NCBI GenBank assembly: GCA_963748815.1
Contig: CAVVKJ010000010.1
Location: 992,001-1,056,000, forward strand
Reading direction: 5' to 3'
Source of the DNA: an uncultured Gemmatimonadales bacterium
GTDB lineage: Bacteria > Gemmatimonadota > Gemmatimonadetes > Gemmatimonadales > GWC2-71-9
Length of the DNA stretch: 64,000 bases
In this document: positions 28,123-43,236 of the stretch, piece after piece
How the letters are laid out: each line of letters begins with the position of its first letter
How positions within the stretch are numbered: the first letter of the stretch is position 1
Notes under the pieces: model-generated
Databases searched by the model: none
The model's input: only the letters and a program-made list of their open reading frames with translations
What the model was told of the DNA's origin: nothing
Made by a program: the position numbers and the translations under genes

Positions 28123-28524
28123 CTACGCCGCCGCGCCCGTCCCGTAAATCCCGCCAACCACCGCGCCGTACACCATGTGCCCGATCAGGCTTCCCATCCA
28201 GCCGGCGAAGATCCCCATTCCCATCATCGGCATGACCACCAGCATCGCCATGAGCCACGGCGCGAGCCCGAAGATGGCGCCACGCATCGGTGCCGGGCCG
28301 GGGAGCCTGCCCGCCACGACCGCGTAGCCTACGGCGAGCACCACACCGATCATCAGGTGCGCCATCCAGCCGGCCAGGATTATCCCGCCCATCTGCATCG
28401 CCAGCATGTCCGCCGGGTTCATCGGCGGCATCCCCATCATCGGGGCCACAAATAGACCGACGCCCGTCATCACCAGCGTACCCACGATACCGGCCAGGAT
28501 GGCCTTGCCCCAATTGATCTGCAT
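28123..28524 (-). CDS. Met-rich four-TM membrane protein with two intramembrane His
   Basis: MQINWGKAILAG..., WMAHLMIG, SLIGHMVYG; GGAGGAG RBS. Confidence 0.75.
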   Translation of the reverse strand: MQINWGKAILAGIVGTLVMTGVGLFVAPMMGMPPMNPADMLAMQMGGIILAGWMAHLMIGVVLAVGYAVVAGRLPGPAPMRGAIFGLAPWLMAMLVVMPMMGMGIFAGWMGSLIGHMVYGAVVGGIYGTGAAA

Positions 28525-28584
28525 GAAATCTCCTCCGGGAGGATGAAGTGACTCGTGTCTCCCTACCAAGCCGGCCCGGCTCGG

Positions 28585-28641
28585 AATAGTTCCCGAGGCT
28601 GAAGCCACCGGCACGGGAACTATTGTGGGACGCTGGGTGTT
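28585..28641. promoter_or_regulatory. Inverted repeat, probable back-to-back ECF sigma promoters
   Basis: AATAGTTCCCG (28585-95) and CGGGAACTATT (28614-24); plus strand GGAAC-N18-GTT. Confidence 0.6.
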
Positions 28642-28699
28642 TCTTTCTGCATGGCGGGTGAGGCGACGACGTACGAGACCATTTTCGAGGGCGGACGGC

Positions 28700-29080
28700 G
28701 TGACGATTCAGCAGCTAGGTGATCCGGATGTCCCGCCCTGGCCGGAGGTGCTCCGCTCCGCACCGCTGCTTGTGTTGTATAAGCACAGTCCCATCTGCAT
28801 GACGTCGTCCGTGGCGCGGTCGGAGATTCGGACCCTCCACAAGGCGCGCCCGACCCTCCCCATCTACCAGGTCGACGTCATTCGCGAGCGCGGGCTGGCG
28901 CACCGGATGGCTGCCGACCTCCAGGTGCGACATGAGTCGCCCCAGGTGCTCGTGATTCTTGAGGGCCGGGTCGTCTGGCATACCTCTCATTTTGCCATCA
29001 AGGCGGGCACGCTGCTCGCCCAGATCGACCGTGTTCAGCAGCGGGACGAAGCCCCGGCCTCCGAGGCAGTCTCCCGCTGA
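28700..29080 (+). CDS. ytxJ: YtxJ/BrxC (DUF2847) monothiol bacilliredoxin-like protein
   Basis: LYKHSPICMTS, VRHESPQVL, WHTSHFAI; start position uncertain. Confidence 0.85.
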   Translation: MTIQQLGDPDVPPWPEVLRSAPLLVLYKHSPICMTSSVARSEIRTLHKARPTLPIYQVDVIRERGLAHRMAADLQVRHESPQVLVILEGRVVWHTSHFAIKAGTLLAQIDRVQQRDEAPASEAVSR

Positions 29081-29661
29081 TGCACGGCTCCGAGCGAGAT
29101 GCCCAGTTCCGCGCCGAGGCCCTCCCCTGCTTCGAGGACGTGGCGCGCTATGCGCTTTCCCTCACCCAGGACCGGGACGAGGCGGACGATCTGACGCAGG
29201 AGACCTACCTGCGGGCGTTCCGGGCGTGGCATCAATACACGCCGGGCACCGGGTGTCGGCGCTGGCTCTTCACGATCTGTCGCAACCATTTCCTCCGGAG
29301 AGAGGAACGGGGGAAGCGGGTGGTGTCGTTTGACGACCCAGAGGTCGAGGCGTTGGCTGCCGCCTCCGTGCACGCCTCGGCGGTGCAGTCGGGTTGGGTG
29401 GACGTGTTCGATCGCGTGGACCTCCGCGACGCCCTGACGAAGGCGCTGGCCACCTTGGCAGAGCCGTTCCGCGAAGCGGTGGTGAGCGTCGACCACCTGG
29501 ACCTCTCCTATGAGGCGGCGTCGGAGCTCCTGGGCGTCCCGATTGGCACCGTGCGCTCCCGGCTCTTCCGCGGTCGGCGCCTGTTGCAGGAACAGCTGTT
29601 GACCTTCGCACGAGACGCCGGCCTGGCCATGGAGCGGCGGGAACAGGGAGAGGGCTCATGA
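29080..29661 (+). CDS. ECF RNA polymerase sigma factor (SigR/SigH-like)
   Basis: ADDLTQETYLRAF, WLFTICRN, LSYE.ASELLGVPIGTVRSRLFRGR. Confidence 0.93.
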   Translation: MHGSERDAQFRAEALPCFEDVARYALSLTQDRDEADDLTQETYLRAFRAWHQYTPGTGCRRWLFTICRNHFLRREERGKRVVSFDDPEVEALAAASVHASAVQSGWVDVFDRVDLRDALTKALATLAEPFREAVVSVDHLDLSYEAASELLGVPIGTVRSRLFRGRRLLQEQLLTFARDAGLAMERREQGEGS

Positions 29662-29923
29662 TGCCGATGGACGGAATGCTCGACTGTGACGCCGTGATGC
29701 GACAGCTCTGGGACTATCTCGATGAGGAGCTGACTCCGGAGCGGATGAAGCAGATCGGCGCCCACCTGGCAGTCTGCCAGCGCTGTTTTCCGCAATACCA
29801 GTTCGAGCGGAGTTTTCTGGACGTCCTGGCCACCGCCAGGCCCGACCACCCGGCGCTGGAACCACTGCGCCAGCGGGTCCTCGCCGCCTTGGAGGCGGAG
29901 GGGTTGTCAGGCGACCTAATGGC

Positions 29924-29927
<4 letters not shown>
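29658..29927 (+). CDS. Zinc-finger (zf-HC2/ZAS) anti-sigma factor, RsrA-like
   Basis: DC..V...LWDYLDEEL...HLAVCQRC; soluble, 89 aa; overlaps the sigma gene stop. Confidence 0.9.
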
Positions 29928-33178
<3,251 letters not shown>

Positions 33179-33310
33179 GGCGGGAAAAGGTGCCCGTGAC
33201 ATGCAACGAATGCACCACCGTGACGTCACGGATCGGTCACTTCGCCCCAGCGTGCCCCCTGACACGATTGATACACATACGTCGCGGGGCTGTCGCCGGC
33301 CCAGAAGACG

Positions 33311-34231
33311 TTGGGGTGTGCCCGAGCCGAACATGCCTTCGACCCTGGAGCCCTAGTGCGAAGCCCGAGCGGAATTACCCGCGTGCTCGTCGTAATTCTG
33401 GACGGACTGCGAGCGGACGCCATCCCGCTCTTTCCCCTCCCCCACCTGCGCCGACTCGCCGAACAGGGTGCATACACGCTCGCGGGTCAGACGGTCCGGC
33501 CGAGCATCACGCCCTCGGCGCTGACCTCGCTCCTCACCGGGGTGCCGCCCCGCATCCACGGCGTGGAAAGCGACCGCATCACGATCAACCGCGCACGCGG
33601 TCCCATGCTCTCCCTTCCCGCGCTCCTTCGCCGCCACGATGTACCGGTACGCGCCTTTCGGGGTCGGCTGCCCCCGCTCACGCGCGGCGTGGCCGCCCGG
33701 GTGACGGCGCGGCTGGGGATCGATGCGTCCTTCCGGGGGCATACCGCCGACGAGATCCTGGAGGCGGCGCTGCCTTCGCTCCAGGCCCACACACCGGGGG
33801 TGACCATCCTGCACTGGCTCGACGCCGACCGGGCGGGCCACGCCCAGGGCTGGGGTTCCCGCGGGTATGTCCGTGCCGCGCACCAGCTCGACGCCGCCAT
33901 GCACCGCCTGGTCCAAACCCTCGCCGTGGCGAATGACCCGTCGACCCTGCTCATCGCTTTCGCCGACCACGGCGGTGGCGGAGCCATGGCACACGACCAC
34001 AACAGCACACACCAACTCGACACCACGATTCCGATCATCCTCGCCGGTGGACAAGTCCTCCCGCAAGTTCTCGGATACGGCGCCTCCCTCCTCGATATTC
34101 CGGCCACAATCGCCTGGGCGCTGGGCGTGCACCCGCCGGCCCTGTGGACGGGACGGCCCCTGACCGAGGCAGTGCGGCTGCCAAAGCCGCTGCCGATGGT
34201 GCCGACCAGCGGGATCAGGGTCGCCGCGTGA
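33311..34231 (+). CDS. Alkaline phosphatase superfamily (NPP-like) protein
   Basis: ILDGLRAD, PSITP..TSLLTG.PP..HG, DADRAGH..GW, ADHGG; start uncertain. Confidence 0.85.
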   Translation: MGCARAEHAFDPGALVRSPSGITRVLVVILDGLRADAIPLFPLPHLRRLAEQGAYTLAGQTVRPSITPSALTSLLTGVPPRIHGVESDRITINRARGPMLSLPALLRRHDVPVRAFRGRLPPLTRGVAARVTARLGIDASFRGHTADEILEAALPSLQAHTPGVTILHWLDADRAGHAQGWGSRGYVRAAHQLDAAMHRLVQTLAVANDPSTLLIAFADHGGGGAMAHDHNSTHQLDTTIPIILAGGQVLPQVLGYGASLLDIPATIAWALGVHPPALWTGRPLTEAVRLPKPLPMVPTSGIRVAA

Positions 34232-34746
34232 CGCGCGTCCTCCGCCTGATCGGACACTTGTCGGAACGGGACCGGGGGCTCTACCGGCGCTGGTCGCTGT
34301 CGGAAGATTCTACCCGCGTGGTTCGCGAGATGTGGATTCTGATTACGCACGCCGGTGGTTCAACGGCGTCCATCGCTGCTGTCGCGCTCCCCCTCTGGCT
34401 GCGGCCCTGGGATCGCTCGGTTACGTGGAGTGCCGCTGCAAGCCTGGTCGTCTCTCACCTGATCGTGCAGGTCATCAAGCGCACCGTCGGCCGGCCGCGC
34501 CCGGACAAGCCGGTGGGCATCGGTCATCCCGATCGATTTTCCTTCCCCTCCGGGCACGCCACCTCGAGCCTCGCCGTCACGCTCGCATATGCGGTCGCAT
34601 TCCCGCACCTGACCGTCCCCCTCGTGGGGTTCGGCCTGCTGGTGGGGTGGAGCCGAGTGGTCCTCGGGGTACACTACCCCGGCGATGTCCTCGCCGGCCA
34701 GGTGATCGCGTCGGCCACGGTGCTCGGCGTCAGCCTGCTCGGCTGA
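34228..34746 (+). CDS. PAP2-family membrane phosphatase
   Basis: KRTVGRPRP, SFPSGH, SRVVLGVHYPGDV; GTG overlaps the upstream stop. Confidence 0.93.
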   Translation: MTRVLRLIGHLSERDRGLYRRWSLSEDSTRVVREMWILITHAGGSTASIAAVALPLWLRPWDRSVTWSAAASLVVSHLIVQVIKRTVGRPRPDKPVGIGHPDRFSFPSGHATSSLAVTLAYAVAFPHLTVPLVGFGLLVGWSRVVLGVHYPGDVLAGQVIASATVLGVSLLG

Positions 34747-34764
34747 CGCCGGCGAAGCGCGGCC

Positions 34765-35202
34765 TCACACCCGCAGAAAGTCCCCCCGCCACTCCTTCAC
34801 CATCGCCTTGATCGCCTTCGGGTCCTCGACCCGCTCGTCGAGGACCCGCCTGGCCAGCGCGGGCAGCTCGGCGTCGGAGGCGAACCGGAGCGCCACCAGC
34901 TGCCCCGGCGAGAACTCCGGGATGCGCGCCTGTAGTTCGGCGGAGAGCAGCGCCGCCATCCGCAGCCGCTCCTCGAGGCGGATGACCCGGTCCTGCACCG
35001 TTACCGCGAACACCCGCATGTACCAGTACATGAGGATGAGCGCCACCGCCAGGATGAGGCCGAGCGCCGTGCCCGTGCTCGGACGGATGGCCAGGTAGTA
35101 GAGCTGCCAGCCCAGGATCGCCAACAGCAGCGCCGAGAGGAGGAAGTGATACCCCGGCACGTAGCGGGCGTGATTGGACATGTTCTGCGGTGCGACGGCC
35201 AT
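34765..35202 (-). CDS. Small conserved membrane protein (DUF6526-like)
   Basis: QN..NH.R..P.YH, two TM helices, QDRVIRLEERLR, QLVALRFASDAEL. Confidence 0.75.
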   Translation of the reverse strand: MAVAPQNMSNHARYVPGYHFLLSALLLAILGWQLYYLAIRPSTGTALGLILAVALILMYWYMRVFAVTVQDRVIRLEERLRMAALLSAELQARIPEFSPGQLVALRFASDAELPALARRVLDERVEDPKAIKAMVKEWRGDFLRV

Positions 35203-35243
35203 GGCGACCTCGAATGGTGGGTTGATCGGTTCCAGCTCCAGCG

Positions 35244-36569
35244 CTACAAGACTTCTACGCCCTGCACAGTGATTCGATGGGACACGAGCGGGCGCGGTGC
35301 CGGGGCGCTGCCCCCGACCTCGATCGCGTCCGAGAGCGCCGCCTCGCCCGTGCGCAGGCCCGCGGGGTCCGCGGCATGGATCGTGGCGAGCGGCTGCCCT
35401 GTCGCGACGTGGTCGCCGGGGCGCACGGTGATCACGAACCCGACGGCGGGATCGACCCGGTCCTCCACCTTGCTCCGGCCACCACCCATCGCATTCACGC
35501 CGAGCCCAACGGCCTTCGGGTGGACCGCCGTGACTCTCCCGGTGGATGGCGCGGTGTACACGGCCGAGCAGGCCGCCTGCGGAAGCGCCGCCGGGTCGTC
35601 GACGATGGCAGGATTTCCGCCCTGCGCCTCGATGATCTCGGCAAACTTGCGCAGCGCCGCGCCGGAGGTGATCGTCGCCTGCAGGCGCCGCCGGGCCGCG
35701 GCATCGTCGCCCTCCACGCCCGACGCCTTCAGCATTTCCACCCCCAGCGCGAGCGTGACCTCCAGGAGGTCGCCTGGCCCCTCACCCCGAAGGGCGAGGA
35801 GAGATTCTTCCACCTCCAGGGCGTTGCCGCAGGCGTTGCCCAGGGGACGGTCCATTGCCGTCACGAGCGCCACGGTGCGTACTCCACTCGACTCTCCCAG
35901 GGCGATCATCGTGTGAGCCAGCCGGAGGGCGTCTCCCTCGTCGGGGAGGAACGCCCCGCTCCCCGCCTTCACGTCGAGCACCAGCGCGTTGAGTCCTTCG
36001 GCGAGCTTCTTCGACATGATGCTCGCGGCGATGAGCGGCACCGAGGGCACCGTTCCGGTCACGTCGCGAAGGGCGTAGAGCCGGCGGTCCACCGGGGCGA
36101 TCTCCGGCGTCTGGCCGAACAGGGCGCAGCCGAGCCGGCGAACCTGCGCCAGGGCATCCGGCAGCGTCAACTGGGTCGAGAAGCCGGGAATCGACTCCAG
36201 TTTGTCGAGCGTCCCCCCGGTGTGGCCGAGTCCCCGGCCCGACATCATCGGCACCGACACGCCGCAGCAGGCGAGCATCGGAGCCAGGAGGAGCGAGGTC
36301 TTGTCGCCCACCCCACCGGTGGAGTGCTTGTCGACGCGCGGCGCGTCCCCCTCGTCGAACCGGAGCCGGGCCCCCGAGGCCAGCATGGCGGCGGTGAGCT
36401 CCGCCAGCTCGGCGGTGGTCAGACCCCGCCAGACCACCGCCATCAGCAGCGCCGACATCTGGTAGTCGGGAATCTCCTCCGCGGCGTAGGCGCGGACGAT
36501 GGCCGACCAGGTGCCCGGCGGGAGCTCGGCCCCGTCTCGCTTGCATTCGATGAGCGATGGAATCACCAT
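35244..36569 (-). CDS. Thymidine/pyrimidine-nucleoside phosphorylase
   Basis: DKHSTGGVGDK, SGRGLGHTGGTLDKLE, SIMSKKLA. Confidence 0.96.
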   Translation of the reverse strand: MVIPSLIECKRDGAELPPGTWSAIVRAYAAEEIPDYQMSALLMAVVWRGLTTAELAELTAAMLASGARLRFDEGDAPRVDKHSTGGVGDKTSLLLAPMLACCGVSVPMMSGRGLGHTGGTLDKLESIPGFSTQLTLPDALAQVRRLGCALFGQTPEIAPVDRRLYALRDVTGTVPSVPLIAASIMSKKLAEGLNALVLDVKAGSGAFLPDEGDALRLAHTMIALGESSGVRTVALVTAMDRPLGNACGNALEVEESLLALRGEGPGDLLEVTLALGVEMLKASGVEGDDAAARRRLQATITSGAALRKFAEIIEAQGGNPAIVDDPAALPQAACSAVYTAPSTGRVTAVHPKAVGLGVNAMGGGRSKVEDRVDPAVGFVITVRPGDHVATGQPLATIHAADPAGLRTGEAALSDAIEVGGSAPAPRPLVSHRITVQGVEVL

Positions 36570-36615
36570 TAAGGACATCCTCCCGAACCGATGGACCCCC
36601 ACACCCGGAGCCGAA

Positions 36616-37392
36616 GTGCGCCTGCTGCCCGCCGTCCTCTTCGCGGCACTCCTCGCCGCCCCGGCAGCCGCCCAGACGGTCCCGGACCTGGTGGCGGCCG
36701 GCGTGACGGCGATGGACGCCCGGAACCCGGTGGCGGCGCTGGCGGACTACCAGCGGGCCATGGCACTCGATTCGACGAGTTACGAGGCCAACTGGCGGGG
36801 TTCGATCGCCGCGGTGGACATCGGCAAGCAGACACCGGACAGCATCCCCGACCCGACCCGCGACTCGCTGTACCGACTGGCCGAAAGGTACGCCAGCCGG
36901 GCCGTCGCGGCGAACCCCGAGGGGGCCGACGGCTGGTTCGCGCTGGCCAACGCCATCGGTCGCACGTCGCTCACCCTGGGGAAGAAGGAACGGGTTCAGC
37001 GCGCCGCGGAAATCCGCGAGGCGGCGCTCCGGGCCATCGAGCTCAACCCCAGGCAGGATGGCGCCTTCCATGTCATGGGACGGTGGAACGCCGAGATCAT
37101 GCGACTCTCCGGGTTGCAGCGGTTCTTCGCCAAGAACTTCCTGGGCGGGGCGGTGTTCAGCGAGGCGTCGTGGGACAACGCGGTGGCGTATATGAAGCGT
37201 GCCATTCAGCTTCGGCCCGAGTTCATCTATCACCATTACGACCTGGCGCTGATCTACATCGATACCAAGCAGTGGTCCCTCGCCCGCGAGCAGCTGCAGG
37301 CCATTCCACCCCTGCCGCTGATCGACGTCATGGATCCGGTCTGGAAGAACGAGGCCGCCAGCCTCCTCCAGTCCCTCGCGAACAAGAAATAA
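36616..37392 (+). CDS. Secreted TPR-repeat protein
   Basis: Signal peptide ending AAA-Q; TPR-like helices (RAIELNP, RAIQLRP). Confidence 0.75.
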   Translation: MRLLPAVLFAALLAAPAAAQTVPDLVAAGVTAMDARNPVAALADYQRAMALDSTSYEANWRGSIAAVDIGKQTPDSIPDPTRDSLYRLAERYASRAVAANPEGADGWFALANAIGRTSLTLGKKERVQRAAEIREAALRAIELNPRQDGAFHVMGRWNAEIMRLSGLQRFFAKNFLGGAVFSEASWDNAVAYMKRAIQLRPEFIYHHYDLALIYIDTKQWSLAREQLQAIPPLPLIDVMDPVWKNEAASLLQSLANKK

Positions 37393-37406
37393 CAGGACGG
37401 CCTCTC

Positions 37407-40195
<2,789 letters not shown>

Positions 40196-40216
40196 TCTTC
40201 CGGCGAGGAGATACCC

Positions 40217-40780
40217 ATGACGAGCCCTGCCCCGTTTTCCCAGTACCAGTGCCTCGGCCTCGGCCGCCGCGCCCTGCACCAGCTCCGCGCCAGCCTCGAC
40301 CGCGATCGCGGCGTGCAGACCGCGGCGCTGCTCCAGGAAGCCGGCGTGGCCGGCGGCGAAGGGCTCTTCAGCGCCTTCAGCGCCTGGCTCCAGACCGCCT
40401 ACGGGGTGGTCCAGCCGGGCGACCTCGACGCCGCCTACCTGCCGGAGGCGCTGCGCGGTTTTTTCGGGGATTATGGATGGGGAACGCTGACGGTCAGCGA
40501 ACTCGCGCCGGCAGTGATGGCGCTCGACAGTGACGACTGGGCGGAGGCCGCCCCCGACCAGGGCAGCTCCTACCCCGCCTGCCACCTCACCAGCGGGATG
40601 CTGGCCGATTTCCTCGGCCGGATGGCCGAGAGCCAGGTCGCGGTCATGGAAGTCGAGTGCCGGACGCGCGGCGACGACAAGTGCCGGTTCCTCGTCGGCG
40701 CGCCGGACTCCCTCTCGGTGCTCTACGACCGGATGTCGAGAGGGTTGACGTACGTCGAGGCGCTGGGACCGGCCACGTAG
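40217..40780 (+). CDS. Stand-alone V4R domain protein
   Basis: GWG, ACHLTSGML, EVECRTRGDDKCRF. Confidence 0.85.
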   Translation: MTSPAPFSQYQCLGLGRRALHQLRASLDRDRGVQTAALLQEAGVAGGEGLFSAFSAWLQTAYGVVQPGDLDAAYLPEALRGFFGDYGWGTLTVSELAPAVMALDSDDWAEAAPDQGSSYPACHLTSGMLADFLGRMAESQVAVMEVECRTRGDDKCRFLVGAPDSLSVLYDRMSRGLTYVEALGPAT

Positions 40781-40819
40781 CGCGCCCCCCCCGGCCTGGG
40801 AGCGCGCCGCGGGGCGCCC

Positions 40820-41872
40820 TTACGGCTGCTGCTTGAGCACCACGTCGCCCGACGCGGTGTCGATCGAAATCCTTCCCTGACCGTCGCCAATCGTCCCCAC
40901 CAGTCCGTCCCGGCCCTTCCGCGTCACCTGCAACGGGAACTCCGTCGTGATGTCCCCGCTGCTGGTCTCGATTTCCACCGACGCGCCCAGCGACTTCGGC
41001 GCCGACACTTCCACATCGCCGGATCCGGTGTCGACCGAGAGGTGGTCGACGTCGACGGTCAGGCCGATCCGGATGTCGCCGCTGCCGGTGTCGATCTCCA
41101 CGCTCTTCACCGCCGCTCCCGACACAATCACGTTGCCGGAGCCGGTGTCCACCGAGAGCGCATCGGCGGTGAGGCCGTCGACGTGCACATCGCCGGAGCC
41201 GGTATCCACCGAGAGCTCGTCGCCCTCGATCGAACTGAGAACGATGTTGCCCGAGCCGGTGTCGATGGAGAGGGAGCCGTCGTGCCCGGAGAGGGTCACG
41301 TCGCCGGAGCCGGTGTCGATCGAGAGGGCGCCCGCCGTGCCGGTGGCGGCAACGTCGCCACTGGCCGTCTCCACGTCGATGGTCCCATTCACGTTGGCCA
41401 GCGTCACCTTGCCGACGCCGATATTCACATCAATGCGCGTTCCCTTGGGGAGCCGCAGTCGGATATCCGCCCACGCCGTGAGGCTGCCGTCGCGAGCGGT
41501 AATCTTCACCTTCCGCCCCGCGTTCTCGTGACGACCATCGTCGTTGAAGGTGCCGTCCTCCCGGACCCGCATCGACGTCTCGGAGTTGTTGCCCATCGCG
41601 GGATAGCTGAACGACGTGCCGGGGTAGAGTACGGTCAATTTCCCGGCGGTGTTCTGGATGGTGAGCCTGGCCCCGTCCTTTCCGCCGCGGGACACCTCCG
41701 CGACCACCGCGTTGCCGGAGGAGGGCTCGATCTGAAGGGTCCCGATGAGGTTATACAGCTCGGGGTGGGATCCGGAGAGTTCGAAGCGCTCGGCCTGCTG
41801 GGCCGCGAGGGCCGCGAGGGGGGCCGCGGTCAGCAGGACCGAAGCGACGACGAGTCGGACAGGATGGGTCAC
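40820..41872 (-). CDS. DUF4097 beta-strand repeat (adhesin-like) secreted protein
   Basis: Signal peptide; nine [SED][IV][DE]T.SG[DN][VI] repeats. Confidence 0.85.
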   Translation of the reverse strand: MTHPVRLVVASVLLTAAPLAALAAQQAERFELSGSHPELYNLIGTLQIEPSSGNAVVAEVSRGGKDGARLTIQNTAGKLTVLYPGTSFSYPAMGNNSETSMRVREDGTFNDDGRHENAGRKVKITARDGSLTAWADIRLRLPKGTRIDVNIGVGKVTLANVNGTIDVETASGDVAATGTAGALSIDTGSGDVTLSGHDGSLSIDTGSGNIVLSSIEGDELSVDTGSGDVHVDGLTADALSVDTGSGNVIVSGAAVKSVEIDTGSGDIRIGLTVDVDHLSVDTGSGDVEVSAPKSLGASVEIETSSGDITTEFPLQVTRKGRDGLVGTIGDGQGRISIDTASGDVVLKQQP

Positions 41873-41907
41873 GGTGCGAGCTCCTGAGGGAGGGTATCAG
41901 GAGGTTG

Positions 41908-41934
41908 GACGGGGGGATTTGAAAAAAGGTTGCA
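41908..41934 (-). promoter_or_regulatory. Putative ECF sigma promoter for the DUF4097 gene
   Basis: Minus strand TGCAAC-N17-CGTC. Confidence 0.45.
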
Positions 41935-41940
41935 ACCGGC

Positions 41941-43236
41941 CTATCTCGGCGCGACCGAGACCCCGTCCAGGAGGATGGGCGGCATGGCGAGGCTCCCCCG
42001 CCATTCGACGTCGCGGCCAAGCCCGCCGAGGCGGCCCAGGAGTTCAAAGGCGTTGCCGGCCACCGCGGCATCCCTGACCCGACCCACGACCTCCCCGCCC
42101 GTGACGCGGTAGGCGAGCGCCACGGGATGGGAGAACGCCCCGCCGATGACGTTTCCCTGTCCCACGCCGATCAGTTCGTCGACGATGAGCCCGTCCGGAA
42201 TTTTCGCGACGAGCTCATCCCACGTCAGGTCACCGGGAGCCACGACCAGGTTCGAGTAGGAAGCCTGCGGCTTGCCGAAGGTCGGTCGCCGGGCGTGGCC
42301 GGTCGCCGGCACGCCGGCACGGGCCGCCGTTTCCAGGTCGTAGATGAAGCCGGCGACGATGCCATCCTTGATCAGCGGGAGGCGACGGGTCACCACGCCT
42401 TCATCGTCGATGGCGCGGGAACCCGGCGCCCCGGCGGCCCACGGATCGTCGGTCAGGGACAGCGAGGGATCGAAGACACGGTCGCCGACCCGGTTCGCAA
42501 GCGGTGAGATTCCGTGCAGCACGGCCTTCCCCTGGAAGGCCTGCCGGAGCGGAAGCAGGAGCGCGGCGGCACCCGCCGCCGTGAAGAGGACAGGCAGCTC
42601 CCCGCGCGGGGGCGGGGCGGCGCGCTCCGCCCAGCGCGCCCGGCGCCGGATCGACTCGGCGAGGGCGGCGACGACGGGCTCAGCGGGGAGGTCCGCGGCC
42701 GCGTGGTAGTCGCCGACGATCAGGATATCGTCGCCGGCGACCCGGGTGATCTCCGCCGCCAGCGACACCGCCGTCACGTCGTAGCTCGCCTCCACGCCCC
42801 GGGTATTCGCGACCCGCACCGAACCGGCACTCCGCTCCACCGTCACGTTCACCTGCCACCCGTCGTGCGAGAGCCGCTCGACCAGCCCCTGCCCCACGGC
42901 GGCGAGATCCGCCACCGACGCGACGGCGGCGCCCGGCGAATGCGTTCGGACGGGGGGGAGTGACGCAGGAACCGGCAGGTGGAAATCCACGGTATCACCG
43001 AGTTCGGCGGAGGCCAGGGCGGCCTCGACGACCCCATCCGGGTGGGCCGCGGTCGTGCCCGCGACGCCCAGCCGTCCCCCCGCGAAGACGCGCAGGTTGA
43101 CGCCCTGCTCCTGCGACCAGGAGGTGCTCTTGAGCCGTCCCGATTCGAAGAGCAGGGTGACGGTCTCGTCGGTCTTGAGCGTCGCGTCGGCGGCTTCGGC
43201 GCGGGCGAGCGCCTGTTCGAGGAGGCGGACGATCAT
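41941..43236 (-). CDS. pmbA: TldE/PmbA family protein
   Basis: DDEGV, TGHA.R, SNL, GAFS, VAGN; no HExxxH; paired with tldD. Confidence 0.85.
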   Translation of the reverse strand: MIVRLLEQALARAEAADATLKTDETVTLLFESGRLKSTSWSQEQGVNLRVFAGGRLGVAGTTAAHPDGVVEAALASAELGDTVDFHLPVPASLPPVRTHSPGAAVASVADLAAVGQGLVERLSHDGWQVNVTVERSAGSVRVANTRGVEASYDVTAVSLAAEITRVAGDDILIVGDYHAAADLPAEPVVAALAESIRRRARWAERAAPPPRGELPVLFTAAGAAALLLPLRQAFQGKAVLHGISPLANRVGDRVFDPSLSLTDDPWAAGAPGSRAIDDEGVVTRRLPLIKDGIVAGFIYDLETAARAGVPATGHARRPTFGKPQASYSNLVVAPGDLTWDELVAKIPDGLIVDELIGVGQGNVIGGAFSHPVALAYRVTGGEVVGRVRDAAVAGNAFELLGRLGGLGRDVEWRGSLAMPPILLDGVSVAPR

